64,000 nt of DNA from Emiliania huxleyi CCMP1516 (taxonomy: Eukaryota). A program made the position numbers and the translations under genes. Location: contig NW_005201123.1 of assembly GCF_000372725.1 (NCBI RefSeq), forward strand, positions 248,001 to 312,000. The letters are read 5' to 3'. How positions within the stretch are numbered: the stretch's first letter is position 1; every line of letters starts with the position of its first letter. Of the stretch, positions 45,390 through 57,863 are shown one piece after another. Below the pieces are notes generated by a model. The model saw only the letters and a list, made by a program, of their open reading frames with translations. It was not told the origin of the DNA and ran no database searches.

Positions 45390-46730
45390 GCCGCTCCCCT
45401 GGACTGGTATGAGGGCAGAGAGGTGACAAAGTGCCGCAACGGGCGGCAGCTCGACGGCGAGGTGGCGGCGGTAAGCGCCCGGGCGCAGCGGTTCACAATC
45501 GAGTGGCACGACGGCTCGACTGAGAAGGTGTCCGAGCGACGCCTCAAGGCGCTGCTCAAGCCGCCGCCGCGCGTCCCCGACCTACGCTACCTCCGGTCCT
45601 CCAAGCGGGAGAGCTCTTACCCGAGCAGCGAGCCCAGGATCGGGCCGCTCTACCAGGCGACGCTGCCGGCCGGCCCGCCCAGCCCGCCCGCTGTCCCGCC
45701 GCAGCCGGCGGCGCCGGCCTGCAGCTCTGGCCAGGAGGAGCTGCCTCCGCAGAAACGGCTGTGCGGATTAGAGCTGTTTAACATTAACTTTGTTGGCTGA
45801 AATCCTTAACGTTGTTCAAGTGTTCACCCCAGCCCATGCTGTTACTGTTTGTTACTGTTGTTACTGTTGTTCAGCGGCCAGCAAGCAGAACCAATGGCAA
45901 AACCCCCGGGTAAAACCCAAAAATACCTGGGTTTCCCCGGGTATTTCGGGTATTACGTGGCTGGGTTCACAGCGATTGTAGGAAAATGACGGGACCAAAT
46001 CACGGTCGCGGCCTTCCGACTCGCGCCTCCGCCTCACTGGCACTATTGTAGCCCTGGCCGGTGCGCGTGCTCAGTTGAAGTTCCGGAGTGAAAATTCAAA
46101 CGCGTTCTCTCACGGTGACCAACAAATGTCCACCTCAGAGGCACCTCCGGAGGCAGGCCGCCGCACGCCGGCGACACAGCTCCAGCTGTCGAACTGACCC
46201 GCAGCTCCTCTCAGAGCGGGAACTGTGACGAAAGTTGACTGAGGCGGTTGCCAGGAATCATCATACGGATCACATGGTGGCTCTCTCATGACGGGAGACC
46301 GCCCGACCACTCCTGGGTGGCACTGCCACCGGTGTCGCTCGACGTCCTGTCGACAGCGTGCCGACAGCGACACAGACCATGTGGGACGCGTCGAGTATCG
46401 ACCTCTACTGCTTACCCAGCCTTCGAGTGTATCCTGGCTGTGGTCCCACACCCACTGGTGTCCATCTCAGAGACCGCAGGAGGTCATGAGGGTCGATGGG
46501 AGTGCCAACCCCACAATGCCTAAAAACCCAGCCCAGTAGCTATTACCCGCACTGGACGCTGGAGGTCGTCGTGGGTCACTGCCAGGCCTTCCTTATTGTT
46601 GTTCAGCCGGCCTAACGTTAGCTACTGTTGTTGGGGAGCCCCACTGTTGTTCTGTTGTTACTGTTAACACACTAGCAACACTGTTCAGCTCCCAACGTTA
46701 AAGCTTAAACAGCTCTAGTGCGGATCCTGA
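45390..46730 (+). CDS. Small Tudor-like plus ELM2-motif protein; 5' end unclear; 3' end interrupted by a MITE
   Basis: WYEGREVTK...LDGEV...FTIEWHDGSTEKV (Tudor-like) and EPRIGPLYQATLP (ELM2-like). Removing the MITE restores LCGS*. Confidence 0.55.
45769..46717. mobile_element. hAT-type MITE with a nested family-A MITE
   Basis: 13-bp TIR TAGAGCTGTTTAA / TTAAACAGCTCTA, perfect 8-bp TSD GTGCGGAT (45761-45768, 46718-46725) and subterminal CTGTT repeats. Confidence 0.93.
45953..46539 (+). mobile_element. MITE family A, copy 2 (nested)
   Basis: Near-identical to 9240-9825; ends CCCAGCCCAGTAG. Confidence 0.9.
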
Positions 46731-46894
46731 CGCGTCGCTCGCACAGCTGAGAGGGAAAGACACGCACGTGCGGGTGGCCGTTATGAGAGTTGAGACCGGG
46801 CTGAAATGCACAGACATGAGATACACTAAGATCATCACACTTTACACTGCGTGCAAAAACCGTGTGTCGACGGGCCCCTGCGTGTGCGCCCTCT

Positions 46895-48857
46895 CTACAA
46901 CTCGTCGTGCGCCTGCGCACGCGGGTCCACCACCTGGCGTCGTCGCGGCTCACTAGTGGGCTGCACTCGCTTTCTGGCCCTCCGCGCGCCCCGGTGACGC
47001 TGGCGCGCACTGGCGTCCGCATTCGCGTGCGCCTGTTTGCTGGCCTCGAGAGCACCGAGGAGCGCAGAGGCCTCGGCCGTGCCAGCAGAGTACTCGTCGA
47101 GCAAGACGGCCGGTAGATCCGTAGCCAAGCCAGCCGCCTTGCTGGAGTTGTCAGCCTTGCGCGCGCTCTCGTCGAGCCGTTGCAGCCGTTGCAGATGCGA
47201 ACGCAGCTGTTGGTTGTTTTCCTGCAGCCTCTGGCGCCTCCGCTCGAGCGATTGCACCTAAAGTGTGGGCAATCAAACCTGGGGCGCGCTTGCACATGGG
47301 CAGGGACGGGGACGGAGACCCTGAGCCTGCTCGCGTTCCGCTGATGCCGACTGAGCAGGACGGCTGCCAGCGTGCCGGACCGGAGCCACCGGGGCGGCGC
47401 ACTCTTCCACCACGAGGTCGGTGGCCAAATGCTGGAGGACGACGCGGCCCTGTGGCAATTCGCTCATGGCGCTTCGGTCCTCGAGGGGCGGCTCGCTTCC
47501 TGCCGGCGAGACCTTCTCGCCGCCCGCGGAAGTTTCGGAGGGCGGTGGGTCGAGCACCACGGTGACCAAATCGCCGGGCCAGACCTGGCGCACAAGCAAC
47601 TCGCTGCTGCCCTCGTGCCGGTAGCCTCGCGGCACGAGGGTGCCAAGCCGCAAGTGGTGGGAGCCTACGTGTGCAAGGATGACAAGTGGAGAGCACTCCT
47701 GGATCGTCGCCCCGACGCTAACGGCGCGCGCCATTCCAACGGTACGCGGCAGCCCGCTGCGCGAGCCCAGAAGCAAGGAGCAAGAGGGAGCTCGAGTTGA
47801 CGCCCTCCTGCGTTACGGAGCTCCCAGTGCGGAACGAGAAACGGGCTCATGGGGCGTGGTGAGCGCCCTCCTGTGCGCCGGTAGGCGGGTAGTCGGCGGC
47901 GGGACGCAAGTGGGCCTCGCAAGCGCACTGCGCGACAGAGACGACGCCCGCGACCAGCTCACGAACCAGCCTGCCGCGCTGCTGCTGCCGGCTCAAGCCC
48001 GTTGGAACCACCTCGCGCAGCCGCCACACGTGCCCAACCTACGGTTGAAGCAAGACGCACCTGCGGAGCAAGTCGAGGTCGCGGCGGAGTCGCCAGTCGT
48101 GCGTCACCACGGTGCCCTGCCCGAGGCGGGCCCCAGGGGGCACGACGCCGTAGCCCGTCTCCGTGCCGTCCTCGGCAGCATAGAACAGCTGCAGCGTCGC
48201 CGCGCCATCGTTTCGCACCGAGAGCTCCACCGTCTCATTGTAGCCGGGCGGGTTCACGCGTCGGCGCCTGACCGTGCCGTTGCCACTGCTTTGGAGGGCA
48301 CAGCCGTGGTCGCTGTGGATCGAGGCGCAGGCCGCCGCATCGCAGGCCACGCGGCCGATCGAGGCGTCGCACGCCCGTGCGCAAGGCCCGTGCCGCATCC
48401 ACGCACCGTTGGTCTCGCACTCACCAGCAGCAGCCCAGCGAGCGCACTTGGCGGCGGACCTTTCCGCACATGCAAGCGGGCACGCGCTGAGCATGTACTC
48501 TGCATTTTTGTCGCACTCCTCCGACTCAGCCCAGCGCACGCACGCCTTGAGCTTCCGACCTCCGCTCGCCTCGAGCTGAAATTTCCGCGAATCGCAGCGG
48601 GCCTGATCAGCATCGCACGGCAGCGGCAGCGAGGTGATGGCATCGGAGCTGCTGCACAGGCCCGGGCAGACGACCGACAGCGTGTGCGGTGCCGCTTCGC
48701 ATTCGACTGACCGCTCCAAGCATTCGTTCCAGTCGCAGGCGCTCTTACAGTTTGATCGCATGTACTCGTGGTTTGCGGCGCATTCCCCGCTCGCAGCCCA
48801 AGCCGCGCAGTCGGACTCTGACGGCGTGGCGAGCGGCGCCACAGCGAGAGTCAACAT
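46895..48857 (-). CDS. ER-resident protein with ShKT repeats, a VHL-beta-like domain, a coiled coil and HDEL
   Basis: CAAWAASGECAANHEYMRSNCKSAC-type repeats (3); ELSVRNDGAATLQLFY...YGVVPPG...THDWRLR; last exon ends AQAHDEL*. Confidence 0.8.
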
Positions 48858-49247
48858 ACCTGAATGTGCGAAAGACAACGCACGCCACGCAGCGGAGCTG
48901 GGAATAGGACCGCCCAAGCGGCGTGGCGTGGAGCGGTTGAGCATCCCTCCGGGGGCCCCTCTGCGCCGGGGAGGCGTTGTTGGAGGCTAGGACGCAAGCG
49001 TCCGTCGCCCTTTTCAAACTCGGGGCCCACTCCGCTACCTACGCTCCGACCCGAATTTGGAGGGCCTAAAAATTTAAGGTGTTGCTGCGCAAAAGGGGTC
49101 GGACACAGGGCGCAGCTCATGCTAAGAGCTAGAAGGGGAGCTAGAGAGAACGACTACCCTGTCCCGTTATTGCGTACACCAACACCACAAAAGGAAGATG
49201 TGCAAAAGAAAAGTTCGCTGCTAAAGTACGGTGGAGACGCCCGAGGG

Positions 49248-49351
49248 TGGGCGACGGCTAGCACCACACTCCTCTCCTTAAAATCCCTGTGTGGTGGCGG
49301 CGTGCCGTCCTCTAATCCCTCCCTTGCGTTCTCTCTTTTCTTTCTTTCTTC
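49248..49351 (+). mobile_element. Retroposon-like 3' module, copy C
   Basis: Same sequence as 28770-28850, preceded by a frame ending RRPRVGDG* and followed by a TTTC tail. Confidence 0.65.
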
Positions 49352-49856
49352 CAAAGGCAATCCCCAAGCAAAGGCAATCCTGGGGGGCGCCCCCCCAAGT
49401 TGCCCCCCAAGGCAATCATGGAACTTGGGGCCAAAAAAATTCTGCGACGGCTCGGCACTCGGCGAGGTGGATGGGTTGGGAGCGAGGGGGCGCAAGTGTT
49501 CTCTTCTTGAGCACTTGAGCACTTGATAGGGTCGATTCCGCATGGTACGGGACCCCTCGATGGTGGTGGGAAAAAAACTCGGCCGCGGCTTACATTTAAC
49601 TCCCGGGCACAACTTTGTCGACAAACAGGTTGAGGAACATTTCGGCGAAGAAGCGGCACTGGCTGCACGCCGGGATGAACCCGGACCGATCACATTGTGC
49701 CGAACCGCGGCGGCGAGCCGCCGCGGGCCCACAGAAGGGCTGGGAGCCGCGGCACTAGACCGCGCCGCCAGCGGGGCGAGAGCACGCCCACAACATGCCG
49801 ACATGGCAGTTGCGATGGCGCTTTCACACAACACACACACACACACACACAGAGGC

Positions 49857-49931
49857 AGAAAGAAAGAAAGAAAACAGACAACCCAAGGGAGGGATGGGAG
49901 GACGGCACGCCGCCGCCACACGGGGATTATC
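49857..49931 (-). mobile_element. Retroposon-like 3' module, copy D
   Basis: Reverse complement reads TAATCCCCGTGTGGCGGCGGCGTGCCGTCCTCCCATCCCTCCCTTGGGTTGTCTGTTTTCTTTCTTTC. Confidence 0.65.
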
Positions 49932-51329
49932 CGCCGATAACGATTGGGATGGGGCCCCAACTCGTGGTAGGCCACTAGTTTATCGTAGGGTACTCACGGA
50001 TACCTCTCCTGAGTCCCTCTCGTGTGCCCTCGCGCACATCGCATGCGGTCTTCACTCAGCCTCCGCTGCTGTGAACACCAAACTTGCACTTCAGCTGGCG
50101 CGCGCTTTCGCCGCCTACTTTCGCGAGCGCGCTTGGCCCTTGCTCCTCATGCGCGGCGCTCTCGCTGCGCTCTCTCCCTGCTCATGGGACCTGATGCCGC
50201 GCCACCTCTGTGGCCGCTCCATCCTCTCTGACGGCGCCAGCCCTCCGGCTGCGCCATCTCTCTTTGGTTAATGTATCACACCTCACGGTGCTGATGCTTG
50301 GTTCATTTGGAGAAGCCGAGATAAACTACCTCCTGTATCGGGGTTATGTGGGGGGTTTACGAGGTGTGAACGTGAACAGAGTAGCCAGATCGCTGTCGAT
50401 CGTTACGGCACGCATGGGGGGTCTCCCGGACGTATGATCCTAGCCCAATAAGCTCCACGGAGCAGATTTGGATTTTTGACAGAATTAAATGCACTGCCCC
50501 TACACGGTACTAACGATCGTAGTTTTGGGGGCGGCGCCCCTCACGGCACCACACTGACGCAGGACAGCCCGAGATTAGCCTAGCAGTGACTGGGAATCGC
50601 CTGCCGGTCGGCTTGGCACGAGCCAAGCACTTGGGTGGCCGTCAACCGAGTCCGAGCGGCGCCTGAGGTGGGTGCCACGGCGTCCGCACGAAGGCGTGGC
50701 GGGGTGAGGAGCCAGGGGTGGTGAACACCTCCCCGACGGGCGCGCGGCGCGCCGGATGGTCCGCCGAGGCCGCCGCCGCCCCGGCGGCGGCGATGGGGGC
50801 GGCGGCGCCGATCCGGCCGGCGTTTGTCGGCTCCACCTACAGAAGAGCAGTCTCTGTGGGTCGACGATACTAACTCGGTAGTAACGCTGAGCGGTGCTGT
50901 GCGACGCCGCGTCGTGCGCGAGGCGACCTCCTGAGGCTACCTGAGCTGGCAATGGATGCCACCAGGACGCACGGCTAGCAGGAGCCAGTCGGGCATGCCC
51001 TGCTGTGGAGCAGAGCCTGCTGGCGCACCGGCGATACTAACTCAGCGCGCCGCGAGAGGCGAATCTGGGCGACTTTGGAGGCGCAGTTCTCGAGGTTGCC
51101 GTCGACGATTGATGTCGGGTAACTTGTCACTGCCGTCCGGGAAGCTCTTCTCTCAGCAGGCCGAGCGCCGTGGCATCGCGCTGCTCGCAGCGCTGTTAGC
51201 GGCGCCGAGAACCCCCAAAACTCGCGAGACCTCGATACTAACAAAGACTACTATACTGGAGGTAGTACCGAATACGGTACTTTTTTTCTTTAACATTTTA
51301 CACCGAGTTTCTTTGTTTGCATCTCCGAC

Positions 51330-52866
51330 ATGTCGCATGTTCGCGTGCGCGTCGTGTCTGTCGGGCCATTGCCTCTGCGAGCGCTTGCGTTGAACAGTGC
51401 GGCAGCGCGGCGGGGCGTGGGCGTGCTGGCAGGGGCCTGCGCAGGCGGGGGCGTGCAGCGGGGGCGTGCAGCCACGGCCCTGCAGCGGGCGGCGGCACGG
51501 GTGCAGCCACTGGGGGCGGTGCGGCTGCGGTCGAGCAGCGCGGAGGAGGATATGGATCCCAAGATCAAGGATCTTGTCGACCAGATCGCCTCTCTTAGCC
51601 TCCTCGAAGCGGCGCAACTCACCGACGCCCTCAAGGCACGCGCCATCACCGCCAAGCATTCACGGCCGCAAGCACACGCTCAACACCACCAGCACTATCG
51701 CCGCGGCCGCGCGCCGGACCACCTACGCCGACCCACCCTTCAACTCCCGCCGCCGCGGCCGCCTCCCTCCCCTCCCCCTCCCCTCTCGAGCCCTGGACAG
51801 GGAGTCTGCTCACAGGAGCGTCACGGCGCCCAGTCTCCCTCTCCTCTCACTCTCCCTCACCTCCACCCGCGTAATCAGGAGCGACTCGGCATATCAGACG
51901 CGATGATGATGCCGGCAGCGGGCGCTGCGCCGGCGGCGGGTGCGACGCCGCCGCCGGCAGCGGAGGAGGCGGCAGCGCCAGAGAAGACGGCGTTTAGCGT
52001 CAAGCTGGAGAAGTTTGACCCCGCCAGCAAGATTAAGGTGCGCGAGGAAGGGAGGGTTCAACCCGGCGCGAAGACCACTTGGCGCTCACGGCTGCGCGCA
52101 CGCGACACCACCCAGCGCCGCCCGCACACAGCCCACCTTCTCCCGTCCACCGGCTTGAGCTCGCGGGATAGCTCCGTGGGGCTTCGGGCTGAGGCAGCAC
52201 GGAAGAGCGCCCATTGCGCTCAAAGTGCCCGCCGCAGTGCATACGAGTTGTGCTCACGCAACAATCCCCCCCCCCCCCACCCACCCACCCNNNNNNNNNN
52301 NNNNNNNNNNNNNNNNNNNNNNNNNNNNNNNNNNNNNNNNNNNNNNNNNNNNNNNNNNNNNNNNNNNNNNNNNNNNNNNNNNNNNNNNNNCATCAAAGAA
52401 GTGCGCGCTCTCACCGGCCTGGGGCTGAAGGAGGCAAAGGAGCTGGTGGAGAACGCGCCCAAGGAGATCAAGGCCGACGTCAAAAAGGTGGCGCCGCCCC
52501 CCCCTGCCGTCGCCACCGTAGTCAGCACGTACCCTCACCCCTCACCCTCGCCCTTCATGCCTGCAGGAGGAAGCGGAGGAGCTCAAGGAGCGAGCCCCCA
52601 CCCCGCCCCACCACCCCTCCCCCCATGCACACCCTGCCACCACCACCACCCCACCCACCCTCGGTCTGCTCGTACTGCGTCGCCGCGACGCCAGCCCCAC
52701 CGACTCTGTTGCCAGCCCCATGCGGGGATGCGCCGACACGCGCTCTTGCTCCCATCGAACAAAGAGCGAACGGCGTCCGCAGCCCTCCCGGACACCGCTG
52801 CTTCCTCGCACCCGATCCCCGCAGGAGAAGCTCGAGGCTGCAGGCGGTACCGTCGTTATTGAGTAG
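51330..52866 (+). CDS. MRPL12: Mitochondrial ribosomal protein L7/L12, multi-exon, spans an N gap; start uncertain
   Basis: [31 protein letters not shown]...[71 protein letters not shown]. Confidence 0.95.
52291..52390. other. Assembly gap (others at 55699-55798 and 59510-59609)
   Basis: Runs of exactly 100 N. Confidence 1.
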
Positions 52867-53142
52867 GAGGTGATCTCACATAATACCTATGATTTCGGAT
52901 GGTCGTGGGTGACATCTCGACGCGAGGCACCTAATATATAGAGTACCTTCGGCCGGGCGGAGGCGCGGGCGAGCGAGACCGAGCGGCGCGGGCGAGTCGA
53001 GTCACTGTTGGCTAGAGCGTACTACAAGGGCGTGTAGTGCGTGCAGCTTTGTGTGTGGCTCTCTAAGTACACAGAAAAAAAAAGTTGTGTGCGGCCGCGA
53101 GCCGAACGAGGTCGTCGCACGTCGGCGCCGGGCACCGGGACA

Positions 53143-53712
53143 CTACTGGGCTGGGTTTTTAGGCATTGTGGGGGGTTGGCACTCCCATCGACCCTCATGA
53201 CCTCCTGCGGTCTCTGAGATGGACACCAGTGGGTGTGGGACCACAGCCAGGATACACTCGAAGGCTGGGTAAGCAGTAGAGGTCGATACTCGACGCGTCC
53301 CACATGGTCTGTGTCGCTGTCGGCACGCTGTCGACAGGACGTCGAGCGACACCGGTGGCAGTGCCACCCAGGAGTGGTCGGGCGGTCTCCCGTCATGAGA
53401 GAGCCACCATGTGATCCGTATGATGGTTCCTGACAACCGCCTCAGTCACTTTTCGTCACAGTTCCCGCTCTGAGAGGAGCTGCGGGTCAGTTCGACAGCT
53501 GGAGCTGTGTCGCCGGCGTGCGGCGGCCTGCCTCCGGAGGTGCCTCTGAGGTGGACATTTGTTGGTCACCGTGAGAGAACGCGTTCGAATTTTCACTCGG
53601 GAACTTCAACTGAGCACGCGCACCGGCCAGGGCTACAATAGTGCCAGTGAGGCGGAGGCGCGAGTCGGAAGGCCGCGACTGTGATTTGGTTTCGACATTT
53701 TCCTACAATCGC
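53143..53712 (-). mobile_element. MITE family A, copy 3; one end truncated
   Basis: Reverse complement of the 9240-9825 family, lacking about 20 terminal nt. Confidence 0.9.
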
Positions 53713-54465
53713 GAGAGAGCCCGTCCCGTCCAGCTTCGCAGTGCCTTGCTGATGAGCCAAGTCGCGCTCCTCATCTCGCTTGCCTTCAACCAGTGCAGCG
53801 TTTGTCCGACAAATACCAGACAAATGCGACTCGACCAGTTTTGCCATCTGCCAGTGTCGCAGCCGCTCAAGCGCCGGCCGCGGGGAGAGGCCGGGGCCGC
53901 GGTCGAGGGGGCCCATGGTCGCGCCGCCCCGCTCCGCCCCGCCCGCCGCCGCGCCGCGCCGCCGCCCGATGATTATTAAGTAATAATGAATTAACAAATA
54001 ATTAATTACCCCACCCGCCGCCGCGCCGCCCCGCCCTGCGCCGCCCGCTGCCTCGCCACGCCGCCGCCTCGCGCTGCCCGCCGCCGCGCCGCTCCGCCGC
54101 CCGAGGATTAATATTTAATAATTATTACCCGATTAATAACGTGTGTGTGTTTGTGTGTGTGTGTCTGTGTGTTTGCCTGATGGCAGTGAAGTCCAAGGCA
54201 GCGGCGAGCGGCAGGTGGCGTCGGCGACGTACTCAGGACACGATGGCGAAGCCCACAGCGCAGCATGCGCGGCAGCAGCTCGCCGGCGGCCCGCGTACTC
54301 GACCCCTAAATAAACTCAAAGTCCACCACAGCCTCCAGCCACCGCCTCCACCCTCGAGCCGCCACCGCTGCCGCTCTCGACGCCGCCCACCGCGTCAGAT
54401 TCCAGCGACGCGCGCGGTGAGCCGAGTCGCGGAGCCACGCCGCACCAGCAGCAGCATCAGCACCA

Positions 54466-54498
<33 letters not shown>

Positions 54499-55410
54499 CC
54501 AGAGAGAGAATAGCGCCTGCCGCTCTCACGCAGCCCGCAATCCTCCTGCCGTGCGCGATCGACGCTCGCAGACCTCCGCGTATAGCACCGCGCAGTCTCC
54601 TCGAGGACCAACGCAGTCCAATCCACCAGTGCAGGATGTTTACAGCAGTGCAGCATGAGGCGCCCGCAGAAGCGCTCGCAGAGCGGTGCGCAGTTTCCTC
54701 AATTGGCTTGATTTTGCTTAGTAGAAAAAAGAATAGCGCCGGCCGCGAGCCGTCGGAGCGGGCATTTCGAAGTGGTCAGCGGGCATTTCGAAGTGGTGTG
54801 GCGGCAGGCTGCCACCGCTGCCCGGGCGCCCCGAGCGGCGGCGGAGGGCCGCCCAGGCCACCACCAGTGCCCCTCCCACCGGCGGCGCGGCGGCAGCGGT
54901 GCCGACCGCCCCTCCATCAGCGGCGGCGCGACGGCTGTCGTCGGGGCGCCGGCAGGTGCCGCGCGCAGATCGTGCCACCGGACCGGCCGACGCGCGCCCG
55001 GCGGAGCCTTCGTCGTCCACGGCGGGCCGAGCACCCCCGCGTCGCTTCTCGGCGCATTGGAGAGCAGAGGAAGCTGCTGGCGTCGCCGCTGGGATCGGCG
55101 GCGGCGCCAGCAGCGTTCTCGGATCTGAAGCCGACTTTGAGCGCCGATCGATCGATCTGAGGGCTTGCCGATGGGTGGCGCTGGGACATCGCCGCCGCCG
55201 CGGAGGCCGGCGGCGACCAGAGGAGCGGTTGGGGCGCGTGGCGCATATGTTACCTGCCAAGTGAGCCTGCAAGTGTGTTTCGAGATTTATTCGAGATTTG
55301 AAACTTAGATTTCACTTTTCAGTGGGGAGGTGGCAGACCTGATCTTAGAATCGCTCACGCGCCTCGCCACCCACCGCGTATTCGTGCTTTTTTTCCGCAC
55401 AAGCAAAACC

Positions 55411-55698
55411 ATGGCTGCCGAAGGTAACGTGGTGGGTTTGCCCTCCCCTGCCGCCACAATTCCGCCGCAAAGGGGGGATGCTCCCGAGTGAGAGGGGGGG
55501 AGGGCCCCCCCCCCCCCCCCGCCCGCGCCCTTCCTTCTGCGCAGTACATGGCAAAGCTTGCTGAGCAAGCCGAGCGGTATGAGGAAATGGTGGAGTTTAT
55601 GAGGGTGGTCGCCCAGTCCAAGTCCGAGGACCTCAATTTGGAGGAGCGCAACTTGCTGTCTGTTGCCTACAAAAACGTCGTGGCGCTCGCCGTGCTCC
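55411..55698 (+). CDS. 14-3-3 protein, N-terminal part only (the rest is probably in the gap)
   Basis: MAAE|...[19 protein letters not shown]...[17 protein letters not shown], then a GC donor and the N gap. Confidence 0.93.
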
Positions 55699-57511
55699 NN
55701 NNNNNNNNNNNNNNNNNNNNNNNNNNNNNNNNNNNNNNNNNNNNNNNNNNNNNNNNNNNNNNNNNNNNNNNNNNNNNNNNNNNNNNNNNNNNNNNNNNGC
55801 TTCACCGTAGCATTAAAATTTTATTGATGTATGATTCATTAGGGTCCCCACAGGGCCCAAAAAAAGAAAAGAAAAAAGAAATGGGCCACCCCAGATCGCA
55901 GCACTTCGTGTTGGCCAGTCGAGATATTGAGAGTGTGACTAGGAGGGAGGGACGCTGGGGATTCTCAAAGGTATACCCTTGGAATGGCCGGATCCAGCCT
56001 TAAAAGTACGAGATCGCGCGCGCTTCGCGCGCTGCACCGCCTGTTCTCCGCGGCTGAGTGACGACGCGTGCCGTGTGCCACCAGAGTTGGGCGCGCGCGG
56101 CGCGACGGCGCCCGCGAGGGAAGGCGCGGGTGCAGCGGCCGCCGGCGGCCGTACCGCCCGCCAGCCGGCGCAGCAGCGGCCAGCGCAGCGGCCGCCGGCG
56201 CAGCAGCCAGAGCAGCCGGTGCGCGCCTTGCGAGGCGAGTACTGCCGTCCGGCAGCCTTGAGGCGGCCGGGCGGCAGTACTCGTTCGAACTTTGCGAGCC
56301 GTGCGCGCGCCGAGGCGCCCGCGGCGCGCGCCCGCCCGGCTGCCAGTAGGAGGCGGCGCAATATGGCCTATAGTACAGCCCTTGAGGAGGAGGAAGAGGC
56401 TGGCTGGCAGTGCTGTATGCCGCCGAGGGGCAGTTTTTGGGTGCTGTCACGGGCCCAGGGGGCTGCAGAACGCGTCCGCAGCCGGGACAACCCGCCCCCC
56501 CAGCCGAGGCCGGTCGAATCCCACTTGGTCACAGCCATGAGGAGTCCTCTTGGTGCTCCTGGCGGCCGTTGGAATGGCGAGCGCGCGCCGATGGGGGGGG
56601 GGGGGGTCTTGCTTGCTCCACACCGAGCGCCATCGGTCCGGACCGGCGTGACCACCGAGGGGTGGCCTGCACAAGGTCTGAGCCGCGGGCGCTCGGCGCC
56701 AAGTGCAGTGTCACGCTCGCGCTCGCGCGTGACAAACCGGGGAACCCTCGTTTCCTATGTACTCGGTCCCCCAACGGAAGAGGCCTCTCTCCTATTGGAA
56801 CTGGCCAACATCAGATTTGCCTCGTGCGTCCCTTTTTGAGCCGGAAAGCTATTTTCTTTTGGGTCCTGTGGGCACCCTATGTATGTTACAGGTGGGTTAA
56901 GAGGGAGATGTGCGCGAGCTGCGCAATGCGAGGGCGGCGGGCACCGACGGCTCAGCCGAGTCGGGTCGGTAAAGCCCTCCCACTGTTCTTCGGTGGCTCT
57001 GTCGCGAGACGGTTGGCCGATCGGAATCCATTAACTACGACGTGGAGTTCATCCCCGATGAACGACTCATGGTCAAATTGCCCATCTCGACTTGCCCGTT
57101 GTCAACATCACTAGGGAGATTTGATTGGCGCTGGCGCCTGCTGTTGACAAGTGGGATCATCTGGCTTCCGGAATACTTCCGCGAAGCTGCCCCCAGCAGG
57201 CGTTTGACCAAAATCCAAATTTCCCTACTCCAGTTGAGGCGGCCCTCGGACCCGAGAAATTCTTATTCTTTCTGGCACTAAACAACACACAGGTACCCAC
57301 GTGAGCCACAAAAAAGATTTTTTGAATCAAAAAGAATGATGTGCTTTCTGGGCACGGCGTCCGGGCGCGCACTGGCACGAACACAAGTACACCACGGGCG
57401 CGAACGGGCACACTACCACGCAAAAAGCGTCTGATGTCCTTCACTGGTCTCACTCAGACTTCGTTCTCTTCACCTTCTCTCGCTCTATCTCGAACACTCG
57501 TCGGCGTCTCC

Positions 57512-57822
57512 TCAAATGTCCATGCCGCCGCCAAGCGGCTGCTCCTCCTCCTCCTCCGCATCCAGCAGCTCGCCCTCCTCGTCATCATCGAGCACAGCTC
57601 CTAAGTCCTCCTCCTCCTCTGACCCGATGCCCGCCCTCTGGCTCCGCACACCGGCCACCGAGGCACCGGCGTTCGTATCCGTGGCGTCTGCAGCGTCCTC
57701 GTCCGGCATTCCCACAGCCGCCGCGCCGGACGCGCCGCCTAAGCCCGGGAAAGCGCCCGCGGCGCCCGCGGACGGCGGAGCCAGATCCACTAGGCGCACA
57801 GGGCTCTCAAAACGCGGCGGCA

Positions 57823-57863
<41 letters not shown>

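Noticed and set aside
46864..46880. 17-bp match to the TIR of the 6613-8671 element
   Set aside because: Isolated and GC-rich, with no partner end or TSD.
50504..51270. Possible TIR element (CGGTACTA...TAGTACCG, AGTTTTGGGGG/CCCCCAAAACT)
   Set aside because: The inverted matches are too short and there is no convincing TSD.
55699..55900. Truncated 14-3-3 pseudogene
   Set aside because: The truncation coincides with a 100-N gap of unknown true size.
54141..57450. ORFs 54141-55160 and 55979-56839
   Set aside because: Low-complexity Arg/Ala/Pro translations expected by chance at this GC content.
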